A DNA stretch of 63,865 nucleotides, counting the filler. It is 6 parts of 6 records of this genome, joined end to end, with 100 filler letters (N's around TTAATTAATTAA, not from the genome) between each part and the next. Parts side by side here need not be neighbours in the genome. Positions count along the whole stretch, not along the records: positions 46,562 to 58,275 come from SRR31156797_43894; positions 58,376 to 63,865 come from SRR31156797_44017; 4 more parts are not named here. One strand, given 5' to 3'. The notes under the pieces were generated by a model. That model was not told the DNA's origin. It saw nothing but the letters and a program-made list of their open reading frames with translations, and did not search any database. How positions within the stretch are numbered: the first letter of the stretch is position 1; each line of letters starts with the position of its first letter. Below, one piece after another: positions 49,288 through 59,053 of this stretch. Made by a program: the position numbers and the translations under genes.

Positions 49288-50337
49288 ATGCAACTTTTCC
49301 AAGTGAGTTTTAGCACAGTTGTGGCATTCGTCGTGATGGCTTTAGCGTTCGGAATGCCCGTACGTGCTGCTGGACCTGAAGTCGTTGTCAGTATTCCACC
49401 GATCCATTCCCTGGTTTCCGGAGTGATGAAAGGTGTGGGATCACCCGATTTGTTGATCGGGGGGGGGAAGTCGCCGCATACCTTTTCCCTGCGTCCTTCT
49501 GACGCCAGGGCATTGAATCAAGCCGACCTGATTTTTTGGGTCGGAGAAGGAATCGAAAGTTTCTTGGTCAAAACGCTTCGATCTTTGGATGGTGATGCGA
49601 CGATAGTTGAGTTGGCATCAATACCAGAGCTTGATCTTCTTCCCGCGCGCGAAGGTGATGCATGGAGCAGTCATGTTCACGAATACGCAGCACACGAAAA
49701 GGACGAGCACGATCATCATTCAGTTGGCAAAAAAGAAAGTGATTTGCAAAAAGATGAAGATCATCATGAACAAACAACTCATCACGACGGCCATGGTCAT
49801 GCGGAGCAGGAGATGGATCCGCATATTTGGTTGAGCACTGACAATGCCAAGGCCATCGTCGCAGCCATTGTATCCGCGTTGGCAGAGGCGGATCCTGATC
49901 ATTCGGCCCAATACCGCGCAAACGGCCAATTGCTTGAGGAAAAAATCGATGCCATGCGCATTGTGTTGGCTGAGAAACTTAACCCTATTTCGGGAAAGGG
50001 ATTCATCGTTTTTCACGATTCTTTCCAGTATTTCGAAAAGGAGTTTGGTCTGAACGCAGTTGGTTCGATTTCGATCAGCCCCGATCGCCTTTCCGGTGCT
50101 CGCCGATTGGGAGAATTGCGAGATAGGATCGAACGATTTGACGCTCTATGCGTGTTTAAGGAGCCACAATTTACCCCGAAACTAGCCGAGGCTATAGTCG
50201 AGGGCACATCGGCGCGATTGGGAACCCTGGATCCCGTCGGTGCTGATTTGAAACCCGGACAGGAATTGTATTTTAACCTGATGCGGTTCAACACTCGCTC
50301 GCTCGTTTCGTGTTTGGCTGCAAACGGCGGCGGTTGA
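49288..50337 (+). CDS. znuA: Zinc ABC transporter periplasmic protein
   Basis: Signal peptide, SPH, His-rich loop, DPHIWL, VFHD, CVF.EPQF. Confidence 0.96.
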   Translation: MQLFQVSFSTVVAFVVMALAFGMPVRAAGPEVVVSIPPIHSLVSGVMKGVGSPDLLIGGGKSPHTFSLRPSDARALNQADLIFWVGEGIESFLVKTLRSLDGDATIVELASIPELDLLPAREGDAWSSHVHEYAAHEKDEHDHHSVGKKESDLQKDEDHHEQTTHHDGHGHAEQEMDPHIWLSTDNAKAIVAAIVSALAEADPDHSAQYRANGQLLEEKIDAMRIVLAEKLNPISGKGFIVFHDSFQYFEKEFGLNAVGSISISPDRLSGARRLGELRDRIERFDALCVFKEPQFTPKLAEAIVEGTSARLGTLDPVGADLKPGQELYFNLMRFNTRSLVSCLAANGGG

Positions 50338-50399
50338 CACAACGCCCCAATGGCCCGATGTAGGGAGCCGGACAATCCGAACGGATGGCAATACGACAG

Positions 50400-50825
50400 A
50401 TGACCGAAAAGACGATGATTGAAAACGAAAACGCGGGCGCAGCAACACAAGTACCCGATGGTATCAAATTCAATACTGACGGCCTGGTGCCGGCAATTGC
50501 CCAACAATTTGATTCTGGTGAAGTTCTGATGATGGCCTGGATGAATGCCGAGGCCATTGCCGAAACTTTGAAAACCGAGCGCGTTTGTTACTGGTCCCGC
50601 TCGCGATCTAAGCTTTGGCGGAAAGGCGAGTCTTCTGGGCAAGTGCAGATGCTGAAGGATTTCCGTTGGGATTGTGACGGGGATACCCTGCTTCTGATGG
50701 TCGATCAAAAGGGCGTTGCTTGCCACACTGGACGTCGCAACTGTTTTTTCTATGCTGTTCGCGATGGGAAAACATCCGTGATTGCAGACGTAGAAGTCTC
50801 TCCCGAGGATCTTTACGGAAAATGA
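50400..50825 (+). CDS. hisI: Phosphoribosyl-AMP cyclohydrolase
   Basis: GLVPAIAQ, YWSRSR..LW.KGESSG, DCDGD, ACHTGRRNCF. Confidence 0.96.
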   Translation: MTEKTMIENENAGAATQVPDGIKFNTDGLVPAIAQQFDSGEVLMMAWMNAEAIAETLKTERVCYWSRSRSKLWRKGESSGQVQMLKDFRWDCDGDTLLLMVDQKGVACHTGRRNCFFYAVRDGKTSVIADVEVSPEDLYGK

Positions 50826-51865
50826 CCGATAGCAGGAATCCGGACACCACCGCCATTCCGGTGTCGGTGATCACCGGGTTCCTGGGCAGCGGAAAAACCA
50901 CTCTGATTAACGCCCTCCTGGCAAGACCGGGAATGGGAGACATGGCGGTTCTCGTCAACGAGTTTGGCGAGATCGGAATTGATCATCTACTTTTGCGTAA
51001 GATCGACGAGAATATCGTTCTGCTCAACTCTGGATGTCTTTGCTGCAGTATTCGTGGCGATCTGATCACCGGATTGCGTGATCTTTTCCTGAAACGGGTC
51101 CGAGGCGAAGTTCCCCAATTTGGGCGCGCCGTAATCGAAACAACCGGATTGGCGGATCCTGCTCCTATCATTCATACTTTGATGACCGACCCCTTGATTG
51201 GCGCGCGCTTTCGTTTGGATGGCGTGATTGCCACAATCGATTCCGTTCACGGCGACAAACAGTTGGACGACCACCCAGAGGCGATCAAACAGACGGCAAT
51301 GGCTGAACGCCTCGTTGTCACCAAGTCCGACATCGCGAAAAGGTTGGCCACGGAGGCGTTGCGTGATCGGTTGCGAAGGCTTAACCCGACGGCGGATATT
51401 CTTGACGGATGCCACGGCGATGTCGCGCCCGAGGAACTGTTCAACACTGGCTTGTACGATCCGAATTCGCATACTGCCGATGTCGAGGGATGGTTGAAGG
51501 AAGAGGCGCTCGAACAGCAAGATAGCCATCATCACGATCACAAAGATTGTCATGACGTCAATCGGCACGATAAACGCATCCGGGCGTTTTGCCTTTCCTT
51601 CGATGATCCGATTTCCTGGGACCGTTTCACGCAATGGGTGGGGATTTTACAATCCACACGCGGCGAGAGCCTCTTGCGTATCAAGGGCGTGCTCAACATC
51701 GTTGACGAACCCGGGCCCGTCGCTATTCACGGCGTGCAGCATGTGTTCCATCCGCCCTCGGCATTGGGCAAGTGGCATTCGAAAGACCGGCGATCCCGCA
51801 TCGTATTTATTACACGAGACCTCGGCCGCGAAGTTGTCGAAGCAGCTTGGCGAGCGACGGCCTGA
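50822..51865 (+). CDS. COG0523/CobW-family GTPase metallochaperone
   Basis: TGFLGSGKTT, GCLCCS, IETTGLADP, TKSD, His-rich, CobW_C; ATGA overlap with hisI. Confidence 0.95.
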   Translation: MTDSRNPDTTAIPVSVITGFLGSGKTTLINALLARPGMGDMAVLVNEFGEIGIDHLLLRKIDENIVLLNSGCLCCSIRGDLITGLRDLFLKRVRGEVPQFGRAVIETTGLADPAPIIHTLMTDPLIGARFRLDGVIATIDSVHGDKQLDDHPEAIKQTAMAERLVVTKSDIAKRLATEALRDRLRRLNPTADILDGCHGDVAPEELFNTGLYDPNSHTADVEGWLKEEALEQQDSHHHDHKDCHDVNRHDKRIRAFCLSFDDPISWDRFTQWVGILQSTRGESLLRIKGVLNIVDEPGPVAIHGVQHVFHPPSALGKWHSKDRRSRIVFITRDLGREVVEAAWRATA

Positions 51866-51962
51866 AAGCCGACACTCGCCTCCGATGTTTACCTTTCGTT
51901 TACAGAGCGACTTTAAGTTTCAATCTTAGCGAAGTGTCGCTTTGACTGCGGAGGGTTTTTTG

Positions 51963-52289
51963 ATGTTCGATTCACCTCGTTATCACCCGGCCATCAGGCC
52001 GATCCCACGAAACTTAGCTACCTCCATTGGGCACCGGGATCGTGATGTCGAAATTGGCGGCAGCATTGATGGAACTTTTGATGGGCGCTCGATCACCATT
52101 CTAAAAGGGGCATCCGTGACCGGTGAACTCGGCGCCGATGTTATAGAAATTCATGGTGTGGTACGTGGGATAATACGCGGCACTTCGATACACGTTCGAA
52201 CCACAGGCTTGGTTGAAGGAGAGATGGAATACGAGACCCTTTCGGTCGAACCCGGCGCCACCATCAATGCCCGTTGTCTACCCAGTTAA
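51963..52289 (+). CDS. Bactofilin (polymer-forming cytoskeletal protein)
   Basis: Repeating beta-helix pattern: V.GEL.AD.I.I.G.V.G.I ... G.VEGE..Y..LSVE.GA.I. Confidence 0.75.
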   Translation: MFDSPRYHPAIRPIPRNLATSIGHRDRDVEIGGSIDGTFDGRSITILKGASVTGELGADVIEIHGVVRGIIRGTSIHVRTTGLVEGEMEYETLSVEPGATINARCLPS

Positions 52290-52618
52290 GTTGTATGGCA
52301 GCAACGGGCTGTTTAGAAAAGACAACAAGGCCTATTTCTTGAGTAGGTCGGGGTTCTCTGGATCTTCAGTAGTTGAATCCCCAGGAACATGCAGATTTAG
52401 CCGTCAGTCTATTCCAAACCCGGAATCGCGACCGGAGAGAATTCAGAGTTCTAGGTATCGACCCCGAATGCCTGAGCATGATGACGGCCAATTCCTGAAG
52501 AAGCGCGGCACATTCCAAAAACAACATTTTTAGTGCACGATTCAGTCTCCCACCTTAGGGTGAGTCAAAGAGCGGAAACAAGGGATTGCGCCTTCGTGCC
52601 GGTCCCGGGAGGCGACCT

Positions 52619-53413
52619 GTGACCCCACAGTCAGCCGAGACTGCTGCTGAGCGTTTGTCTTATTGGCGAATTCACAAGATCGCAATGCCGGTCTTGGTTG
52701 ATGAATTGAGGCCAAAAACCGAGGACGAAGGGTATCAAGTCCAGAAACTCCTTCATCCAAAACTAACAGCCGAAGGATTCGGTCCGGTTGCCGGTTATAA
52801 AATCGGATGCACAACACCGGTGATGCGGGAATATCTGAAGATCGACCAACCCTGTGCTGGCGCAGTTTTTTCGACCGCAGTGCATCATGATTCGGCAAAC
52901 GTTTTTGCCAAGAGTTACATTCGACTTGGTGTTGAATGCGAAATGGCGGCATGTCTGAATGCGGATATGCATCCCTCACTCGCACCCTACGATCGGCAAT
53001 CGGTTGCCGGTTTTGTGGGGGCGGTCATGGTGGCCATGGAACTCGTCGATGATCGGTATGAGAATTACGGGGATTTTGGAGTTGCCAGTTTGATCGCCGA
53101 CGATTTTTTCAATGCGGGTTGTGTCTTGGGAGCGCCAATTCGGAATTGGCGGAAATATGATCTAACCAAGCTATCAGGCGATATGCGTATCAATGGACAA
53201 GTTGTCGGAAAAGGTGTCGGCGCGGATATCTTGGGGCACCCATTGGATGCCTTGGCCTGGATCTCAAACCGGTGGGCGGAACGGGGGTTAACGCTTTATG
53301 CGGGGTCGTTCGTGCTTCTTGGTAGTCTGGTTCAAACCCAGTGGCTGCGATCTGGTGATCGCGTAAGCATTTCAGTCGAAACTTTGGGAGAAGCAAGCTT
53401 GCATGTTGATTAG
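52619..53413 (+). CDS. 2-keto-4-pentenoate hydratase-like (FAH superfamily)
   Basis: GYKIGCT, VECE, ELVDDR, IADD, LGHPL; GTG start with GGGAGG RBS. Confidence 0.85.
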   Translation: MTPQSAETAAERLSYWRIHKIAMPVLVDELRPKTEDEGYQVQKLLHPKLTAEGFGPVAGYKIGCTTPVMREYLKIDQPCAGAVFSTAVHHDSANVFAKSYIRLGVECEMAACLNADMHPSLAPYDRQSVAGFVGAVMVAMELVDDRYENYGDFGVASLIADDFFNAGCVLGAPIRNWRKYDLTKLSGDMRINGQVVGKGVGADILGHPLDALAWISNRWAERGLTLYAGSFVLLGSLVQTQWLRSGDRVSISVETLGEASLHVD

Positions 53414-54212
53414 GTCTGGGAAAGGCAGTTCGGTATTCCGGTTGGCGGCAGTTTTCGTTGCCATCTCAAGCATTTTTGTGATCGAGTGGGCACAGGCTGC
53501 CGATGTTCGTATTTTTGCCGCTGCCAGTACAACAACTGCTATTCAGGATATTGCAATAGAGTTCAAATCTGTCTCTCCAGGTGTTCAGATAAGAACTTCG
53601 TTCGCGGCCAGTTCGGTTCTTGCCAAACAGATTGCAAACGGTGCCCCGGCCGACATTTTTCTTTCGGCCAGCCAACAATGGATGGATTATGTCGTAGAGG
53701 AACATGCGGTTGATACAGATTCGATCGTCAAACTCCTAAGCAATCGACTGACGTTGATCGCTCCCGTCGATGCGAATTGGAGCATCGAAATAACACCCAA
53801 TTTCGATCTGTTGGGCGTACTAAAAGGCGGTTACCTGGCGATCGGAGATCCCGATCATGTTCCCGCCGGTATCTATGCTCGACAGGCTCTCGAGGCATTG
53901 GGGGTTTGGCCGGAAATATCCGGTCGAGTCGCCCGTGCCGCGAATGTGCGAGCAGCACTTGTTCTTGTCGAACGAGGGGAAGTCAACGCCGGCATTGTCT
54001 ACGCGACGGATGCGGCTATTAGCCGAAAGGTGGTTGTTAAGGCCGAAATTCCGCCCGCCTTTCACGATCGCATTGTCTATCCTGTTGTGATGGTACGAAC
54101 CGATCCACCGGTAGAAGTTAGGCAGTTTTTCAAGTTTATGAATTCTGAAAACGCGCATCATGTTTGGAAACGTAACGGTTTCGAGCTGGCCAACAGGGAG
54201 CAGCGGTTTTAA
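53403..54212 (+). CDS. modA: Molybdate ABC substrate-binding protein
   Basis: FAAAS, FAASS.LA.QI..GAPAD.F.SA, VPAGIYA, GIVYATD. Confidence 0.96.
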   Translation: MLIRSGKGSSVFRLAAVFVAISSIFVIEWAQAADVRIFAAASTTTAIQDIAIEFKSVSPGVQIRTSFAASSVLAKQIANGAPADIFLSASQQWMDYVVEEHAVDTDSIVKLLSNRLTLIAPVDANWSIEITPNFDLLGVLKGGYLAIGDPDHVPAGIYARQALEALGVWPEISGRVARAANVRAALVLVERGEVNAGIVYATDAAISRKVVVKAEIPPAFHDRIVYPVVMVRTDPPVEVRQFFKFMNSENAHHVWKRNGFELANREQRF

Positions 54213-54223
54213 ACCTTCCGACT

Positions 54224-54934
54224 ATGGTTGATCAGGGCTCATTTTTAACATTGTCGGCGCTTGAAGTTGAGGCCATCGGTCTCAGTCTCAAGGTTGCTTT
54301 CTCAGCGGTAGCGATTTCCCTACCATTCGGTGTTTTCGTGGCATGGATTTTGGCGCGCTGTGAATTCTGGGGACGGTCGGTCTTGAACGTTGCCGTTCAT
54401 CTACCATTAATTCTCCCACCGGTAGTCGTTGGATATCTATTGCTTCTTCTCCTGGGCCGCCGCGGACCTTTGGGTGCTTGGCTTTTTGACGTATTCGGAA
54501 TTACCGTTGCCTTCACCTGGAAGGGTGCCGCGATCGCTGCTGGCGTAATGGCCTTTCCGTTAATGGTCAGGGCGATCCGCCTATCACTCGAAGCGGTTGA
54601 CCGACGCCTGGAACAGGTGGCGCGTACGCTTGGAGCGCGGCCGGAACGGGTATTCTTTTCGGTCACCCTCCCCTTATGCTTACCGGGAATAGTGACCGGT
54701 TCGGTTCTCGCATTCGCCCGATGTCTCGGTGAATTCGGCGCAACAATCACTTTTGTATCCAATATCCCCGAGGAAACGCGGACATTGCCGCTGGCTCTGT
54801 ATTCGCTGGTTCAGACGCCTGGTGGAGATGCCGGCGCTATTCGCCTCGTTTTGATTTCTGTAGCCCTTGCCATGGCAGCACTTGCTTGTTCAGAGATCAT
54901 GGCCCGTCGTGTCGCCGCCCGCGTGGGGGGGTGA
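54224..54934 (+). CDS. modB: Molybdate ABC permease
   Basis: LPLILPPVVVG, FAR.LGEFGAT. Confidence 0.96.
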   Translation: MVDQGSFLTLSALEVEAIGLSLKVAFSAVAISLPFGVFVAWILARCEFWGRSVLNVAVHLPLILPPVVVGYLLLLLLGRRGPLGAWLFDVFGITVAFTWKGAAIAAGVMAFPLMVRAIRLSLEAVDRRLEQVARTLGARPERVFFSVTLPLCLPGIVTGSVLAFARCLGEFGATITFVSNIPEETRTLPLALYSLVQTPGGDAGAIRLVLISVALAMAALACSEIMARRVAARVGG

Positions 54935-54938
54935 TTGC

Positions 54939-56042
54939 ATGCTCGAGGTTGATATTCATTTGCAAAAAGGAGACTTCGAACTGGATGCCCGTTTCACAGC
55001 AGAGGCTGGCCTTACCGCTCTGTTCGGTCGCTCCGGTGCCGGCAAATCCAGTTTGGTCAATGCCCTTGCAGGTCTCGAAAGGCCGGACAGGGGAAAAATT
55101 GCCATCGATGGCACGGTATTGTTCGATTCCAGTGCCGGCATTGACCTTCCGGTCGAAAAACGCCGACTCGGTTATGTATTTCAGGAGTCTCGGCTTTTTC
55201 CCCATTTGACGGTTAAGGGAAATCTATTTTTCGGAATGCGCCTTTTACCGCGTACCGAAAAGCCAAAGGATATCGAAACGATTATCGAGATGCTCGACCT
55301 CGGCCCTCTCCTGACGCGCCGTCCGCGTACCCTTTCTGGAGGGGAAAGGCAACGCGTCGCAATCGGCCGGGCTTTGCTCGCTTCGCCAAGAATTTTGCTG
55401 ATGGATGAGCCTTTGGCGTCTCTTGATGCAGGCAGAAAAGCCGAAATATTGCCGTTCATAGAACGCTTGCGTGACGTTATCGGGTTACCCATCGTTTACG
55501 TCAGCCATGCAATTGCCGAGGTGATTAGGATTGCCGATACCTTGGTCGTCATGAGTGACGGCATGATCGCAGCGACGGGTCCGGTCGAGACAATTATGAG
55601 CCGACTTGATCTCTATCCCCTCACCGGCCGATACGAAACCGGCGCGGTTCTAGCCGCGACAGTATGTGGAAAGGATCTTAGATACGGATTGTCCGAACTT
55701 GCTTTCGGACAAAATAGACTGTGGATTCCCAAGTTGGATTTACCGATAGGCACGCCTTTGCGTGTGCGAATTAGGGCCCGGGATGTGGCGCTGAGCCTTG
55801 AAAAGCCCAACGACATTTCGTGTCAGAACATCTTCGAAGGAACAATTCGCGAAATGGACGGCAGTGATGCTCCGCTGTTGGATGTTCTGATCGATGTCGG
55901 CTCGCCGTTGATCGCGCGCGTCACGCGCCGTTCAGCCGAACAACTGGGCCTGAAACCTGGTAAACGCGTTTTCGCCTTGATCAAGGCCGTGGCTATTGAT
56001 CGACCGAGCCTTGGCCGCCATGGGGCGACAAGTCGGCTCTAA
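54939..56042 (+). CDS. modC: Molybdate ABC ATPase
   Basis: GRSGAGKS, LSGGERQR, DEPL, C-terminal TOBE/Mop domain. Confidence 0.96.
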   Translation: MLEVDIHLQKGDFELDARFTAEAGLTALFGRSGAGKSSLVNALAGLERPDRGKIAIDGTVLFDSSAGIDLPVEKRRLGYVFQESRLFPHLTVKGNLFFGMRLLPRTEKPKDIETIIEMLDLGPLLTRRPRTLSGGERQRVAIGRALLASPRILLMDEPLASLDAGRKAEILPFIERLRDVIGLPIVYVSHAIAEVIRIADTLVVMSDGMIAATGPVETIMSRLDLYPLTGRYETGAVLAATVCGKDLRYGLSELAFGQNRLWIPKLDLPIGTPLRVRIRARDVALSLEKPNDISCQNIFEGTIREMDGSDAPLLDVLIDVGSPLIARVTRRSAEQLGLKPGKRVFALIKAVAIDRPSLGRHGATSRL

Positions 56043-56074
56043 CTGGTTTGTCTGCCGCAAAGGTTCCCCGCAGT

Positions 56075-56599
56075 TTAGTTGATTGGTGTGAGATCACGTC
56101 TGAATCGTTGCCAGTTTTTAATGTATTCCTGTACGCCGTGGGCGATACGCGCAATCTCTTCGTCGCTTAATTGTCGGACAATCTTTCCGGGAGATCCCAA
56201 AACCAAACTGCCATCCGGGATCTCTTTGCGTTCGGAAATGAGCGAATTCGCCCCGATTAGACAGTTTTTCCCGATTCTCGCTTGGTTCAGCACGATACTG
56301 CCGATGCCGATTAGCGATCCATCACCGATCTCGCACCCGTGCAGCATGGCCATATGACCGACGGTAATATTGGCGCCTATATGCAGCGGTTTTCCGTAGT
56401 CGGTATGAAGCACACAACCGTCCTGGACGTTGGTATTTTCGCCGATTGTGATGCGATCGAAATCTCCTCGAACGGTGCTGTTCCACCAAATGCTAGCATT
56501 CCGTCCCAATTGAACATTTCCAATAACCGCTGCATTCGGGGCGATCCAATAATCGTCCCCGTCGGTGGTCACGCCAGTATTTCCCAACGCATATCTCAT
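56075..56599 (-). CDS. Gamma carbonic anhydrase family protein
   Basis: Hexapeptide repeats, RGD, NVQD..VLH, GH..MLHGC. Confidence 0.92.
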   Translation of the reverse strand: MRYALGNTGVTTDGDDYWIAPNAAVIGNVQLGRNASIWWNSTVRGDFDRITIGENTNVQDGCVLHTDYGKPLHIGANITVGHMAMLHGCEIGDGSLIGIGSIVLNQARIGKNCLIGANSLISERKEIPDGSLVLGSPGKIVRQLSDEEIARIAHGVQEYIKNWQRFRRDLTPIN

Positions 56600-56622
56600 T
56601 ATTTGGTGGTATCTCCTGGTTC

Positions 56623-57264
56623 TTAGACAATCCCATTCAACCAGCCTACCTCGTTGGCGACCTGATTGAAGCCTCGCCAGATCATGTCGACGGCAACATA
56701 GGCAATCAGGGCAACACCGACATAGGTGATCCACCGATAGCGATCCATCAGGCCTGCGATAAAATTGGCGGCTATCCCCATCAGGGCGATGGATAGGGCC
56801 AAACCGAATATCAGGATAAAGAGATGGTCTTTTGCAGCGCCAGTGACCGCCAAGATATTGTCCAGGGACATGGTGACGTCGGCGATGACGATGGCTACCA
56901 AGGCGCTTCGAAAGCTCTTCGTTGGTGGCGGTTCTGCCATATTTTCCGACTCGCCGTTCTTTTCTCTCTCGGCGCGGGACTTGGCCTCGGCTCTAATTTG
57001 GCGCCACATATTCCATGCCACCCAAAGCAGAAGCAAACCACCGGCAAGAAGAAGTCCGATTATCTTAAGCAGATAAAACGCCACAAAGGCGAATGCCATG
57101 CGGGTCACGGCGGCGATTATAATGCCAATGGTGATGGCTTTTTGCCGTTGTGCGGCGTGCAATCCAGCTGCTGCGGTTCCAATTATGATTGCGTTGTCAC
57201 CGGAGAGAACAAGATCAATTCCGATAACCTGTATAAACGCTGAAAATTCCTCGCCAGAGAACAT
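56623..57264 (-). CDS. TerC/YjbE-family membrane protein
   Basis: DLVLSGDNA, AD.TMSLDN.LA. Confidence 0.92.
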   Translation of the reverse strand: MFSGEEFSAFIQVIGIDLVLSGDNAIIIGTAAAGLHAAQRQKAITIGIIIAAVTRMAFAFVAFYLLKIIGLLLAGGLLLLWVAWNMWRQIRAEAKSRAEREKNGESENMAEPPPTKSFRSALVAIVIADVTMSLDNILAVTGAAKDHLFILIFGLALSIALMGIAANFIAGLMDRYRWITYVGVALIAYVAVDMIWRGFNQVANEVGWLNGIV

Positions 57265-57533
57265 TTGATCTCGACTTTCTCGTTTGAATTAATTTCCGGC
57301 TAAGGGATCGCCAATAAGGACGATGCTATTCCGGTGACTTCACTAAGAGGTGTGGCGGCGGGAAATTCAACAGCAAAATCAAAGGTCCATCCATTATGTG
57401 GCGAAAAAAATCGAAATTTGCGCTGTCAAAAAGTGGGATCTTGTTCTCGCGCAAGGCTAACCCCATTCTCTGCGGTAGCCCGTGTGGCTCCATAATATAG
57501 CGAAGGAACATCAAACCAAATGGAACCATCTGT

Positions 57534-58275
57534 ATGGTGAATCAACAAAATACGATCAACAAACCCATGCTAGGTTGTATTGCCGATGATTTTACCGGTG
57601 CCACAGATCTTGGCAGCACTCTGGTAAAAAACGGAATGCGGGTGGTCCAACTGTTGGGTGTCCCCGACCAGAATATGCCTGTTCCCGACGCTGATGCGGT
57701 CGTAATTGCATTGAAATCGCGGACGGCCCCCATTCAGGAGGCTATGGAAGATTCGATCGCGGCTTTGAATTGGCTTCGAGCGGCCAATGCTCGCCAGTTT
57801 TTTTTTCAAATACTGTTCAACCTTTGATTCGACCCCGCAGGGAAATATCGGCCCCGTTGTCGAGGCTCTGATGGAAGCGTTGGGTGCCGAATTTACGATT
57901 GCCTGTCCTGCTTTTCCCGAGAACGGTCGGACCGTTTTTCAGGGGCATCTTTTTGTCGGTGATACGCCGCTTGCGGAATCCAGCATGCGCAATCATCCGC
58001 TAACGCCAATGCGTGATTCGAACCTCGTACGTTTTCTCGGGAAGCAAACCGACTTTCCAGTCGATTTAGTCCCCTTCTCCGCCGTCGATGCCGGTCCGGA
58101 ACCAATCAAGCAGAAATTCGCCGACCTTCAGAAGGAAGGAAAACGGATTGCCATCGTTGACGCGCTGACAGATGCTCATCTTCGCGCAATCGGCCGGGCC
58201 TGTGCCAATATGGATTTGGTGACCGGTGGGTCCGGCGTCGCAATGGAATTGCCAGTGAATTTTCGCGAAACCGGA
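57534..58275 (+). pseudogene. otnK: 3-oxo-tetronate kinase (DUF1537/four-carbon acid sugar kinase), frameshifted and 3' truncated by contig edge
   Basis: LGCIADDFTGATD...ALKSRT in one frame, FKYCSTFDST..GNIGPV...TGGSG in the next; T9 run at 57798-57806. Confidence 0.8.
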
Positions 58276-58375
58276 NNNNNNNNNNNNNNNNNNNNNNNNN
58301 NNNNNNNNNNNNNNNNNNNTTAATTAATTAANNNNNNNNNNNNNNNNNNNNNNNNNNNNNNNNNNNNNNNNNNNN
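58276..58375. other. Contig-join spacer
   Basis: N44-TTAATTAATTAA-N44. Confidence 0.98.
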
Positions 58376-58428
58376 AGAGATTGGGAAAAATAACCATTTA
58401 TGGGCCGGCGCTAATAAAGTGTTCACAA

Positions 58429-59010
58429 CTATAATGGCGCCGGATTCATAACGTCCGGCATGCAGTTGCTTTTTGTAATTTGGGCAGGATTTCCAACAAC
58501 AACCGAATATGGAGGGACGCTTTCCGTTACAAAGGCCCCTCCGGCGATTCTGCTGCCTTTCCCTATTGTTACCCCTCCAACTATTATGGCGTGAGGGCCT
58601 ACCCAAACTTCATCTTCCAGAGTTGGATATTCAATCTGTCGCACTCCCTGGTTGGATATACGGTCGCGGCGGCCGATTGTCACGCCATTAAATAAAGTCA
58701 CATTGTTTCCAATTACGGCGCCTTCACTAACAACCAATCCCCAACCATGAGTCAATGCGAGTCCCTTGCCTATTTGCGTTCTATAAGGAAGTTCTGTCGC
58801 CGCCAAAGATGAAACAATACGATAAAGAATTTTAAAAAACGGTCTGATTAGCCGCAAGGCGCCCAAAGAGTTTGATAGAGCATTACAGATCCTCATGGTT
58901 ATAACCACTCGAAAATTTCTATCCTGAAGGAATCCTTTTGCGACGCATTTCCAGCCGAACTGGCCGAATATTCTGTAGGTATCTGCTATGATATGGTTTT
59001 TTAGGGGCAT
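58429..59010 (-). CDS. Serine acetyltransferase-like hexapeptide O-acetyltransferase (probably polysaccharide-related)
   Basis: IGKGL..THG.G.V, GVTIG, P.LED.VWVG, VVVGNPA. Confidence 0.85.
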   Translation of the reverse strand: MPLKNHIIADTYRIFGQFGWKCVAKGFLQDRNFRVVITMRICNALSNSLGALRLIRPFFKILYRIVSSLAATELPYRTQIGKGLALTHGWGLVVSEGAVIGNNVTLFNGVTIGRRDRISNQGVRQIEYPTLEDEVWVGPHAIIVGGVTIGKGSRIAGGAFVTESVPPYSVVVGNPAQITKSNCMPDVMNPAPL

Positions 59011-59053
59011 TAATATACAAACAACCTTCTATCTCTATAGTAAACTACATGTA

